Positions 44,752 to 54,032 of a stretch of 64,000 nucleotides of DNA are shown here, one piece after another (the first letter of the stretch is position 1; every line of letters begins with the position of its first letter). The notes under the pieces were generated by a model. That model had not been told where the DNA came from. It saw nothing but the letters and a program-made list of their open reading frames with translations, and did no database searches. This stretch comes from Fimbriimonadaceae bacterium (GTDB lineage: Bacteria; Armatimonadota; Fimbriimonadia; Fimbriimonadales; Fimbriimonadaceae), in the NCBI GenBank assembly GCA_044226215.1, contig JBGAHK010000003.1:153509-217508 (forward strand), given 5' to 3'. Both the position numbers and the translations under genes were made by a program.

Positions 44752-44981
44752 GCGATCCAAAGGACCCATTTCCGGCGTCTGTCCGTTAGTCCCAATGGCC
44801 CAAAAGTGGAAACGGTCGATCGGGAGGAGTTGGTTACCCGAACAGGGGCCAGAAATCCGCGCCACAATGAAGAGAGATAAGGGAGAGGTGAGTCGGCACG
44901 CAAATCCGCTGGATTTGCGCAATGCCCGCAGTTTTTCCTTTGGGTCCTCGGTCGTGGCTGGCGCTACGATGAAGTTAAGGC

Positions 44982-45890
44982 TTGCCTCCAGGCACGCATA
45001 GCATGCATAAACTCGGCGAACTTGAATTGGTGCCGGTGTGGCTGAACAAGGCCCACCGTGTGGGTACGGCGCGGCTTCTGCTCGCCGGACACCACCTGCG
45101 CGCCATCGGGGTGCTCGAAGGCGATCGTCTGGTCGGCATGGTGACCCTGGCCGCCACACAGATGGCGGATGAAGAGGCCGCGGTCGAGACGATCATGAGT
45201 CCGATCCGCCACGAACTCCCTGCTTCCATGTTGGTGCAGAAAGCGGCTCAGTTCTTCATCGATGAAGATATCGATATTGCGCCGGTGATGGACGAGGGTA
45301 ACTTCCTGGGCGTCCTCACCTCACACCACCTGCTGAAGGAGCTGCGCCGAAGCTGGGACCCGCTCACGAACCTGGGCTGGAGCGATCGCCTCCGGGAATG
45401 GGGTGCACAAAACCTTGCGGCCGGTCGCGAGATCACGATCATTTTTATCGATATCGACAAGTTCGGCGAGTACAACAAGCGCTACGGCCACACGGTTGGC
45501 GATGACGTGCTCCGCCGGATTTCGGGACTTCTCAAAGAGGTGGTCGACCGCCGGACCGATATTCTTGTTCGCTATGGCGGCGACGAGTTCGCTCTCGGGA
45601 CCCTGCGCAACCGGGTCGACGCCGAGCGACTGGCCGCCTATCTCAAGTCGGAATCGGCCGATCTTTTTGTGCGCGAAGTCGACCATCCGGTCACCTTCAG
45701 TGTGGGCATCGCGGGCGGTCGTCGCACCAAAGAGCGCCTGAACGTCCACTATGCCTCGACCGTGGACGAGCTGATCAACAAGGCGAGCAAGGACTGTTTG
45801 GCCCAGAAGAAGGGTCCGAACCTCACCATCGATTATCCGCACGCCGGGGGTGACACTCCGGAGGACTCGTTTCGCCCCGGCCGAAGTTAG
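44982..45890 (+). CDS. CBS-pair + GGDEF diguanylate cyclase
   Basis: 302 aa (alternative start ATG 45003). Two CBS-like segments, then IFIDIDKFGEYNKRYGHTVGDDVL and RYGGDEFAL. Confidence 0.85.
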   Translation: MPPGTHSMHKLGELELVPVWLNKAHRVGTARLLLAGHHLRAIGVLEGDRLVGMVTLAATQMADEEAAVETIMSPIRHELPASMLVQKAAQFFIDEDIDIAPVMDEGNFLGVLTSHHLLKELRRSWDPLTNLGWSDRLREWGAQNLAAGREITIIFIDIDKFGEYNKRYGHTVGDDVLRRISGLLKEVVDRRTDILVRYGGDEFALGTLRNRVDAERLAAYLKSESADLFVREVDHPVTFSVGIAGGRRTKERLNVHYASTVDELINKASKDCLAQKKGPNLTIDYPHAGGDTPEDSFRPGRS

Positions 45891-46131
45891 CGCGCCACCC
45901 GAGGAAGCGGCGGAGCCATCCGTGCCCGTCGAAAATCCGCCCGAAATCGTCGATGAGGTTCCCGAGGGCCCGATCCACTTGGCGGACGACCCGTCGATCG
46001 GCCTCTTCTGGACCTGGCTCGACCGCATGTTTCACCGAAGTCCTCGCAGCGAAGACGATCACGACGTCGCTTGATCAATCCTTACCGTCCAATCGTACGA
46101 AGGCCACGCGATTGAGCGTATAAAGAAAGCA

Positions 46132-47787
46132 ATGGACCCCCAAGAATCCCCCGCGATTCGAATCCTGAACAAGATCGAAGAAGAACTGCCCGACGATTCG
46201 CAGCGCCTCCAAAACTATGTGGCCGCCCTTCGCGATGAAATTGGCAAGCTCGGCAAGGAAGACGCTGCCCGCGAGCAGCTGCTCGCCGAATACGAAGAGG
46301 CGTATCGCAAACTGACCGCGCCGGCCAATCGCTTGGGCATTTTTCTCAAGCACTTGGATAACGGCTTGGTGTTGGTCGCGCTCGGCGATACCGAGTATGT
46401 GGCCGAAGTCGATCCGAAAGTCGACGACGACGATCTCAAGACGGGCGTGCGGGTACGACTGAACGAGGCCTACGCCGTCATCGGCATCCTCGATGTGCCG
46501 ATGGGCGGAAACATTCTCAAGGTCGCGGAGACGCTGCCCGACGGTCGGTTGCGCATTGGCAGCGATCCCCAGAATCAGCAAGGGCGTCTCGTCGGACGCG
46601 CGTCGGATCTGGACGATATCCCGATCAAGAAGGGTGACGAAGTGCGACTGGACGCCACCGGCCGACTTGCGGTCGAGCATTTTGCGCACCAGGAAACCCA
46701 GGATTACTTCATGGAAAAAATCTCCCAAATTCCCTGGGAGAAGGTAGGCGGCCAGGAAGAAGCGATTTCACTGATTCGGGAAACGATCGAGCAGCCGCTG
46801 CTCCATCCCGAGCTCTACGCCAAATTTGAAAAGCAACCGGTCAAAGGCATCCTGCTTTACGGACCTCCGGGGTGTGGCAAGACGCTCATTGGAAAGGCCA
46901 CGGCCTACAATCTGGCCAAGGAATATTCGGACCGGGTGGGGCACGAAGTCAAGGAATACTTTATGCACATCTCGGGTCCCAAGATCCTCAACATGTGGCT
47001 CGGAGAAACCGAGCGCATTGTCCGCGAGATTTTCGAGACCGCGCGAAGCAAAGCCAAAGAAGGTCGGTTGGTCGTGATCTTCATGGACGAGGCAGAATCC
47101 GTGCTCAGGACGCGCAGCAGCGGCCGCTGGATGAATATCAGCAATACGGTGGTGCCCCAGTTCTGCGCCGAACTCGACGGCTTGGTCTCGCTCCAGAACG
47201 TCGTGCTCATCCTGACGAGCAATCGTCCCGACTACATCGATCCGGCGGTGCTCCGTCCGGAGCGCATCGACCGCAAAGTCAAGGTCAACCGTCCCGACCG
47301 CGAATCGTCCCGCGAGATCCTGAGCATTTACCTCAATCCGAACCTGCCGATCGATCCCGCTTTGGTAGCCGAGTTCGACCATGAACCGTCGTGCGCGCGC
47401 AAGGAACTCATCGAGTCCACGATCGCGCAGCTTTGGCAGACGTCACCCAAGACCGAGTTTCTCAAGGTGTTCTATCGAAGCGGCAACAGCGATACGCTGC
47501 ACTGGCGTGATCTGGTGAGTGGCGCTTTGCTGAAGTCGATCGTCGACCGGGCGAAGGACACCGCAATCCGCCGCGCGATTGCGGAGCCAACTGTGGAGCA
47601 CGGCATTTCGCGCGAAGATATGGTGACCGCACTCGAAGCGGAATATCGCGAAAACGAGATCTTCCCGAAGTCCGACACGATGGAGGACTGGCTGAAGCTG
47701 CTCGACGTGGAGCCCGACAGTGTGGTGACCGTCAAGCCGATCCGGCCGAGCAAGGGCGAAGACTTCATCCGAAAGAACGTGATTTAA
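46132..47787 (+). CDS. Mpa/ARC-like AAA+ ATPase (coiled coil + OB-type inter-domain + AAA module)
   Basis: 551 aa. Walker A LLYGPPGCGKTLIGKA and Walker B VVIFMDEAES. As far as I recall the mycobacterial Mpa sequence, it is collinear end to end (KEYFMHISGPKILNMWLGETERIVREIF, VVPQFCAELDG, SNRPDYIDPAVLRPERIDRKVKVNRPD). Confidence 0.8.
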   Translation: MDPQESPAIRILNKIEEELPDDSQRLQNYVAALRDEIGKLGKEDAAREQLLAEYEEAYRKLTAPANRLGIFLKHLDNGLVLVALGDTEYVAEVDPKVDDDDLKTGVRVRLNEAYAVIGILDVPMGGNILKVAETLPDGRLRIGSDPQNQQGRLVGRASDLDDIPIKKGDEVRLDATGRLAVEHFAHQETQDYFMEKISQIPWEKVGGQEEAISLIRETIEQPLLHPELYAKFEKQPVKGILLYGPPGCGKTLIGKATAYNLAKEYSDRVGHEVKEYFMHISGPKILNMWLGETERIVREIFETARSKAKEGRLVVIFMDEAESVLRTRSSGRWMNISNTVVPQFCAELDGLVSLQNVVLILTSNRPDYIDPAVLRPERIDRKVKVNRPDRESSREILSIYLNPNLPIDPALVAEFDHEPSCARKELIESTIAQLWQTSPKTEFLKVFYRSGNSDTLHWRDLVSGALLKSIVDRAKDTAIRRAIAEPTVEHGISREDMVTALEAEYRENEIFPKSDTMEDWLKLLDVEPDSVVTVKPIRPSKGEDFIRKNVI

Positions 47788-47806
47788 GGGCCAGTACAAT
47801 AGGGCT

Positions 47807-49753
47807 GTGCTTCTGAACGCCCGTGGCATCCGGAAAGAATTCGCCGGTGAAGTCATCCTCGAAGAATTCGATCTCCGCATGGAGCGCCACGAAAAAGTGG
47901 CGCTCGTCGGGCGTAATGGCGCAGGCAAGACCACGCTCCTCAAGATTCTCACGGGCGAACTTGAACCCGATAGCGGCGGCGTTCATTGGGAGCGCGGCGT
48001 CAGCACCGGATATCTCAGCCAGCATGCCACCCTCAATCCGTCGCTGACGGTCATCGAAGAAGCCGAGCGCGCGCGGGCGCACCTGGTCGAACTTCAGGAC
48101 CGCCTTGAAATGCTCGAAACGAAGCTGAACGGCGGCGACGCCCAGCCCGAAGACCTGGACGAGTATTCGCTCATCCAAGAACACTTCATCGCCCAAGGCG
48201 GGTACGCGATCGAGCGCGATTTCAAGGTGGTGCTCCAGCGGATGGGCTTCGAAGAGGCTGAATTTTCCAAGCCCGTCTCTAAGCTCAGCGGCGGGGAGCG
48301 CACCCGTCTTATGCTCGCCAAAATGCTCCTCCAAGAGCCGGAAATGCTGATCTTGGACGAGCCCACGAATCATCTCGACCTCCAAGCGGTGGAGTGGCTG
48401 GAGCGGTGGATCAAATCGTATCACGGCGCGGTCCTGATCGTGTCCCACGACCGAACGTTTCTGAACAGCGTGGCTCAGCGTACCGTGGAGCTTCGCAACG
48501 GCCGATCGAAGAGCTACCCCGGACCCTACGAAAAATTCGTCGAGCTTCGAAAGGCGGAGGACGAGTGGCAGGCGGAAGTGGCCCGGCGCCAGCAAGACGA
48601 GATGGCCAAGCTGGACGAATTCGTGCGGCGGTTCATGAACAGCCAGCGAACGGCGCAAGCGCGCGGCCGGCAGAAGCAACTCCAGAAACTCCAGGAGCGA
48701 GTGGTCGAAGCGCCGAAAAACGATAAGGGTATCGCGGCGGGGTTCGGCTCGGTGAAGCGCAGCGGTGACCTCGTGGTCGAGTGCAAGGACCTCGGCATGG
48801 CGTTCGAAGACACCCCGCTTTTCCAGCACCTCGACTGGACCGTTCGCATTGGCGAGCGTTGGGGCGTGATCGGGGAGAACGGGGTGGGCAAGTCGACGCT
48901 CCTGAAGATCATCTTGGGGAAACTGACGCCCACATCCGGTGCGTTTCGGGTTGGATCGAATGTCCTGCCCGCCTATTTCGCTCAGGACGCAGAGACGTTG
49001 GATTCCGACCTGAGCCCGATGCACATCCTGAACGAGACATTGGGCATGGAGCTTGGTCCCGCGCGCTCGCTCTTGGGACGGTTTCTGCTCTCAGGAGACG
49101 ACGCGACGCGGCCGGTGAAGACGCTGAGCGGCGGGGAACGAAACAAGGTTCAGCTGGCCGTCCTGACGGGCTTGCATCCCAATCTGCTCATCCTCGACGA
49201 GCCGACCAACCACCTGGACATGGCCTCTCGTGAGGCGCTCGCCGATGTGCTGCGGGATTACACGGGCACGCTCATTCTCGTATCTCACGACCGCTGGCTT
49301 CTGGAGCGAACCACCGACCACACGCTCGATATCCGTCGCTCCGGGGTGATTGCGTTCGGGGGTCACTACGGGGAGTACCGGTCCTGGCAAGATCGCAAGA
49401 CCTCAGCTCGGCCCGCCCCGAAGCCAGCGACCCCGCCACCGGCCGTGGAAGGCGTGTTCTTTCGCAAACCGGGATCCGGCGACGTACCTCCCACGCCGCT
49501 GAGCCCGCGCGAGATCAGCAAACAGATCGAGCGGCTGGGGAAAGAGGTGAGCAAGACCGAGGATGAGGTCGCCAAGCTCGAACTCGAACTTGAGGAGCTG
49601 GAGCGCGTGATGGCCCGCCCCCCCACTGGCGCAGACCTGATGGAACTGTCGCTGAATCACGGCCGGCTCCGTCAGGCGATCGAAGATGGCCTGAGCCGTT
49701 GGGAGTCGCTGAGCACGGAGCTCGAGCAGTTCAAGCAGTTGCAGGGCGCTTAG
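47807..49753 (+). CDS. ABC-F family ATPase (Uup/EttA-like)
   Basis: 648 aa, GTG start. Two NBDs with Walker A motifs GRNGAGKTT and GENGVGKST and signatures LSGGERTRL and LSGGERNKV. No TM domain. C-terminal coiled coil. Confidence 0.9.
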   Translation: MLLNARGIRKEFAGEVILEEFDLRMERHEKVALVGRNGAGKTTLLKILTGELEPDSGGVHWERGVSTGYLSQHATLNPSLTVIEEAERARAHLVELQDRLEMLETKLNGGDAQPEDLDEYSLIQEHFIAQGGYAIERDFKVVLQRMGFEEAEFSKPVSKLSGGERTRLMLAKMLLQEPEMLILDEPTNHLDLQAVEWLERWIKSYHGAVLIVSHDRTFLNSVAQRTVELRNGRSKSYPGPYEKFVELRKAEDEWQAEVARRQQDEMAKLDEFVRRFMNSQRTAQARGRQKQLQKLQERVVEAPKNDKGIAAGFGSVKRSGDLVVECKDLGMAFEDTPLFQHLDWTVRIGERWGVIGENGVGKSTLLKIILGKLTPTSGAFRVGSNVLPAYFAQDAETLDSDLSPMHILNETLGMELGPARSLLGRFLLSGDDATRPVKTLSGGERNKVQLAVLTGLHPNLLILDEPTNHLDMASREALADVLRDYTGTLILVSHDRWLLERTTDHTLDIRRSGVIAFGGHYGEYRSWQDRKTSARPAPKPATPPPAVEGVFFRKPGSGDVPPTPLSPREISKQIERLGKEVSKTEDEVAKLELELEELERVMARPPTGADLMELSLNHGRLRQAIEDGLSRWESLSTELEQFKQLQGA

Positions 49754-51696
49754 CGCGTCTTCTTGACGATCTGAATCTGGTCGATATCGATCTCCTTTCC
49801 GCTTCCGATTCCGGTTGCGGAAAGCTTGAAGTAGACGACGCCATCGAAATCCACGTACCGCGCGATGTCGGTCAGGGGGATTTCGGTCGTCAGTCCTGTG
49901 CCCACCGAGCTGACGGGCACTGAGGAGACGGGCAGGAACGTGGCGTACGGGTACGACGCGGTGTCCCAGTCATAGAACGATAGTGTTTCCGTGCCGGCCG
50001 AAGTGCCCACGTACCGCCGCTTGATGACCAGCGTGAGGCCGGGCTCAACCTGAACGCCCTGGAAAATGCCCTCCAGCACGAGGTTGCCGCTGCCGCTCGC
50101 AAGACCCTTGGCCTCCAACGCGTCCCCGGGTTGCGCCAACTCAGCGAAACCACCCGTGAAGGTGCCCGTGTCGCCGCTCATGTCGGTGATCGAGTAGGTC
50201 AGGCGTTTCTGATTGCCGGATGGAATTGACGCCACGAGCGAGCCATTCACGCGAACGGTGGTCGCGCCCGTGGCCCGGGCCGCTCGGACATCGACGTAGT
50301 CACGTGTCTGAGCGATGATGGGCAGGACCGTGTTGCCCATCATCACCTGAACGGTATTCGGAGACTGGAAACCGCGCCCGTGAATGCGGATCGTGGTGGA
50401 GGCGCGAAGCGGATCGGGTTGTATCGGCGACATCCACTTGACCTGGGGCGTGCGCGGAGCAACCACGCCGCCGGCCAAAACGGCCTGCATCGCGGCATTG
50501 GCATCGACGAGGCCGTAGGTCGTCCATTCGCCGTAAGGCGACTGGATGAGGGAGGTGGCGGTGTCTTCGATGATCTGACCGATCTGGGTGGTGGTCAGGC
50601 TGGGATTGGCGCCCTTGAGGAGCGCGACGATGCCCGCCACCTGCGGACACGATCCACTCGTTCCCGCGAACGTACTCGTGTAGGAGCCGTCGTTCGTCGT
50701 CGTGGTGAGGCTGGTTCCCGGAGCGGCGACGTCGATCCAGGAGCCGAGATTGGAGAAACTGGCCTTCAGATTGCTCGTATTGGTCGCGCCGACGGACAGA
50801 CACATTTCGTAGGAGGACGGGTAGGTCGGAAAGACCTCGTTAAAGTTGCCGGCGGCGACGACGGGCAACACACCTTTGGACACCGCGTAGCTGAGCGCGT
50901 CGCGCTCGGCGGTGCTGACGGCATCGCTGAAGAACGAGCACGAGAAGATCTTCGCGCCCATATTCGCGCCGTAGATGTAGGCGGGGACGGTGGCCGAATC
51001 GTAGAAGAGTCCTGCATCGGTCGCGACCTTGAGGGTCATCACCTTAGCAAACGGAGCGGGACCGGTGCCGCCTTGGCCGTTGTTTTGAACTTCGGCGACC
51101 AAGCCCGAGCACGCCGTGCCGTGGCCCTCGACGTCGTCCGGGTTGCTGTCGTCATAGGTGAAGTCGTAGCCGATACGGTCATCGATGTAGCCGTTACCGT
51201 CATCATCAATGCCGTTGTTGGCGATTTCGCCCGTGTTCTGCCACACGTTGGCGGCGAGATCCGGGTGGGAGGCCAATATGCCCGTATCCAGAACCGCGAC
51301 GGTGACGTTGGAACCGCGAGAGAGATTCCACGCTTGGTCGAGTTTCAGGCGGACGTAATGCGTCTGCTGGGACCAGAGCGGATCGGAGGGGGTGTAGGCG
51401 GCGCGAGCGGCCCGGTCGTAATCGACGCGGTCGATTCCCGGTATTTTGCGCAGCTCTTGGCGGGTCGCGACCAACCGCGCGGTAGAAGTTTCGACCGCCA
51501 GCCATCCGATCTCTTTCGCGTCCCACAGCACCCGCACGCCGCGCAAGCTGACGGCTCGGCGCGGAGCGCTGCCGCCCTGATAGTGGACGAGCAGGCGACG
51601 CGGGTGGACCTCGACGCCATGAATCCGCGTGGGCAGGTCGTCGATGGGACCGAACATGAGAAGGGGCAACGCCAATTGAAACATCAGTACTGACAC
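49750..51696 (-). CDS. S8 family (subtilisin-like) serine peptidase
   Basis: 648 aa. Catalytic motifs VAVLDTGI, HGTACSG and GTSGSCPQVAG. Propeptide-like N-terminus and a beta-rich C-terminal extension. Confidence 0.85.
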   Translation of the reverse strand: MSVLMFQLALPLLMFGPIDDLPTRIHGVEVHPRRLLVHYQGGSAPRRAVSLRGVRVLWDAKEIGWLAVETSTARLVATRQELRKIPGIDRVDYDRAARAAYTPSDPLWSQQTHYVRLKLDQAWNLSRGSNVTVAVLDTGILASHPDLAANVWQNTGEIANNGIDDDGNGYIDDRIGYDFTYDDSNPDDVEGHGTACSGLVAEVQNNGQGGTGPAPFAKVMTLKVATDAGLFYDSATVPAYIYGANMGAKIFSCSFFSDAVSTAERDALSYAVSKGVLPVVAAGNFNEVFPTYPSSYEMCLSVGATNTSNLKASFSNLGSWIDVAAPGTSLTTTTNDGSYTSTFAGTSGSCPQVAGIVALLKGANPSLTTTQIGQIIEDTATSLIQSPYGEWTTYGLVDANAAMQAVLAGGVVAPRTPQVKWMSPIQPDPLRASTTIRIHGRGFQSPNTVQVMMGNTVLPIIAQTRDYVDVRAARATGATTVRVNGSLVASIPSGNQKRLTYSITDMSGDTGTFTGGFAELAQPGDALEAKGLASGSGNLVLEGIFQGVQVEPGLTLVIKRRYVGTSAGTETLSFYDWDTASYPYATFLPVSSVPVSSVGTGLTTEIPLTDIARYVDFDGVVYFKLSATGIGSGKEIDIDQIQIVKKTR

Positions 51697-51828
51697 TCAG
51701 TGTACGAGGACTTCCTGGAATCCAGGCAGGTTCCCGGCATAAAAGACGTCCGAGAAACGGAGTTTGTGCGTCCCCGTAACTTCCTGGTTGGCCGCGCTTG
51801 AACCTGCGAGGTACCCTATCCGCTTCCC

Positions 51829-52857
51829 ATGATCATCGTGATGCAGGTCGAGGCGACCGAAGCCCAGATTCAGGCCGTCTGCAATGAAATCAAAGAGTGC
51901 GGTTTTGAACCGCTTGTCTTGCCCGGCGAAAATCGGGTGGCCATCGGCATTCCCGCGTCTCTGACGCCGGATGATCGCGACAAACTGGAGGCAAGCATCG
52001 GCTTGCTCGAAGGCGTCAACAAGATCACCCAGACGAGCCGACCGTACAAGCTCGCCAGCTATGAATTCAAGCGATCGCGCACCACGGTGCAGGTGAAGGG
52101 CGTCGAGATCGGCGCGGGATCCTTTGCCGTGATGGCGGGTCCGTGCTCGGTCGAATCGTACGAGCAGTTCCGCACGAGCGCCGACATCGTCAAGCGAAGC
52201 GGTGCGAAGATCCTGCGGGGCGGTGCGTTCAAGCCCCGGACTTCGCCGTATGCGTTCCAGGGCCTTCAAATGGAGGGCCTCGAGATCATCAAGGCGGTGG
52301 GCGACGAAACCGGGCTCGTTACGATCTCTGAAGTGATGAGCAGCGACATGGTCGAGACCGTCGCCGAGTACGTGGATATCCTCCAAATCGGGGCCCGCTC
52401 GATGCAGAATTTCCCGCTGCTCAACGCGGTCGGAAAGTCCCAAAAGCCGGTCTTTCTCAAGCGGGGACCGTCGGCCAGCATCGACGAATTTCTGCTCGCG
52501 GCGGAATACATTCTTCACCACGGCAACAACCAGCTCATTTTGTGTGAGCGGGGCGTGATGCCGATCGATAAGAGCTACACGCGCAACACCCTGGACTTGA
52601 GCGCGGTGCCGGTGCTGAAGGAACACTCACACTTGCCTGTGATCGTCGACCCATCGCACGGGACCGGCGTCGCCCGCTACGTGGCCCCGATGGCCAAGGC
52701 AGCGATGGTGGCCGGTGCGGACGGCATCATGGTCGAACTGCACCCCGATCCGCGCCACGCGCTGAGCGACGGATCGCAGGCTCTCGTGCCCGATCAGTAC
52801 GAGACGCTCATGGCCGAACTGAAGGCGCTTGCGCCGTTCTGCCACGTGACCGTTTAG
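51829..52857 (+). CDS. aroF: 3-deoxy-7-phosphoheptulonate (DAHP) synthase, type I-beta with N-terminal regulatory domain
   Basis: 342 aa. The N-terminal MIIVMQVEATEAQIQAVCNEIKECGF is a ferredoxin-like domain. Motifs GGAFKPRTSPYAFQGL and VIVDPSHG. Confidence 0.88.
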   Translation: MIIVMQVEATEAQIQAVCNEIKECGFEPLVLPGENRVAIGIPASLTPDDRDKLEASIGLLEGVNKITQTSRPYKLASYEFKRSRTTVQVKGVEIGAGSFAVMAGPCSVESYEQFRTSADIVKRSGAKILRGGAFKPRTSPYAFQGLQMEGLEIIKAVGDETGLVTISEVMSSDMVETVAEYVDILQIGARSMQNFPLLNAVGKSQKPVFLKRGPSASIDEFLLAAEYILHHGNNQLILCERGVMPIDKSYTRNTLDLSAVPVLKEHSHLPVIVDPSHGTGVARYVAPMAKAAMVAGADGIMVELHPDPRHALSDGSQALVPDQYETLMAELKALAPFCHVTV

Positions 52858-52866
52858 GAGCGCCAG

Positions 52867-53577
52867 GTGAAAGTCCCACGCGGTGCGCTGCTCAATACGG
52901 CGACCGTTCTTCTAGGCTCACTGCTGGGTCTTGCGGTCGGGTCGCACCTGCCGCCGGCGATGCTCGACGTCTGTCTGATCGGTATCGGGCTCGTCACCAT
53001 CGGCATCGGCCTCAAAATGATGCTTGCCGCCGAGAACGTGCTCGTGATCGCGGTGAGTGTGGCAGTCGGAGGTGCCCTCGGAGTGGCGATGGGGATCAGC
53101 GGCGGCCTCGAGATCTTCGCTGAGTGGGCTCGTCTGCGGGTGGGCGGAGGAGGCCGATTCAACGAAGCACTTATCTCCACGTCCATCCTATTTTGCGTGG
53201 GGCCGATGACACTCCTCGGGTGCATCCAGGATGCGCTCGAAAACCGACTTGAGTTGATTGCGCTGAAATCGGTGATGGACGGCATCGCCGCCATCTTCTT
53301 CGCGGCCACGATGGGACCGGGCGTGGTCGTGACGGCCGCTGTGGTGCTCGTCGTGCAAGGCTCGATCACCCTGATGGCGCGTCGTCTCACTTGGCTGCAG
53401 AGCCAGCCCGAACTCCTCCGCGAGGCGAGCGGCGCAGGCGGTGTGATTTTGCTGGCGATCGGGCTCGGCTTGGCCCAGATCAAGAAGCTGCCCTCCGAGT
53501 CGATGCTGCCGGCGCTCGTTGTGGCACCCCTGCTCACGCTGGCCTGGCGCAAATGGATACCCGCAAGCGCTAGCTGA
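52867..53577 (+). CDS. DUF554-like membrane protein
   Basis: 236 aa. GTG start 6 nt after AGGAG. GALLNTATVLLGSLLGLAVGSHLP is a DUF554-type N-terminus. Multi-TM. Confidence 0.65.
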   Translation: MKVPRGALLNTATVLLGSLLGLAVGSHLPPAMLDVCLIGIGLVTIGIGLKMMLAAENVLVIAVSVAVGGALGVAMGISGGLEIFAEWARLRVGGGGRFNEALISTSILFCVGPMTLLGCIQDALENRLELIALKSVMDGIAAIFFAATMGPGVVVTAAVVLVVQGSITLMARRLTWLQSQPELLREASGAGGVILLAIGLGLAQIKKLPSESMLPALVVAPLLTLAWRKWIPASAS

Positions 53578-53935
53578 CGATCTCAGATCGATATTTCTTC
53601 TGCACTTCTGCATGCTCCGACCACGGCGTGTTGTGGAGTTCCTGGATGAGCGCATGGAGCCGCGGTGTGAGGATGATGAGGTACCGCGCGGGTCCGCCGT
53701 TTTCCTTGTAGTCGTGCGGCGTTCCGGCCGGCACGAAGACGGTCGTTCCCGCTCCGGCGACCACCTCGCCCTCCGGAAGCATAAAGGTGAGCGATCCCTC
53801 CAAGACGTGCCAAGCCTCATCGTCCTCGTGATGCACGTGCATGTAGCCCGCTCCGCTGCCGGTCCATTCTTGAACAATGAGGCTCTGACCAACGGCGCTG
53901 ATCGCCGCGTTCGGCTGGGAAATGATCGCAGACAT
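53570..53935 (-). CDS. cupin domain protein
   Basis: The ORF track extends to 54100 across the neighbouring gene start. The ATG at 53935 gives a 121-aa protein. Cupin motifs GYMHVHHEDDEAWHVLEG and VFVPAGTPH. Confidence 0.65.
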   Translation of the reverse strand: MSAIISQPNAAISAVGQSLIVQEWTGSGAGYMHVHHEDDEAWHVLEGSLTFMLPEGEVVAGAGTTVFVPAGTPHDYKENGGPARYLIILTPRLHALIQELHNTPWSEHAEVQKKYRSEIVS

Positions 53936-54032
53936 GTCCTCAATGGACGTTCCGAGACCAAAAAATGAACAGCTTCTGAACGTCTTTTGAAGCCCGGCTA
54001 AAACGGTTGCGGCCCCGGAGACAATCCGTCCC

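Noticed and set aside
46132-51696. A Pup-proteasome (or UBact-type) gene cluster around the Mpa-like ATPase
   Set aside because: There are no Dop/PafA-like ligase or deamidase genes and no 20S alpha or beta subunit genes. No small ORF ends in GGQ/GGE. The flanking genes are an ABC-F factor and an S8 peptidase.
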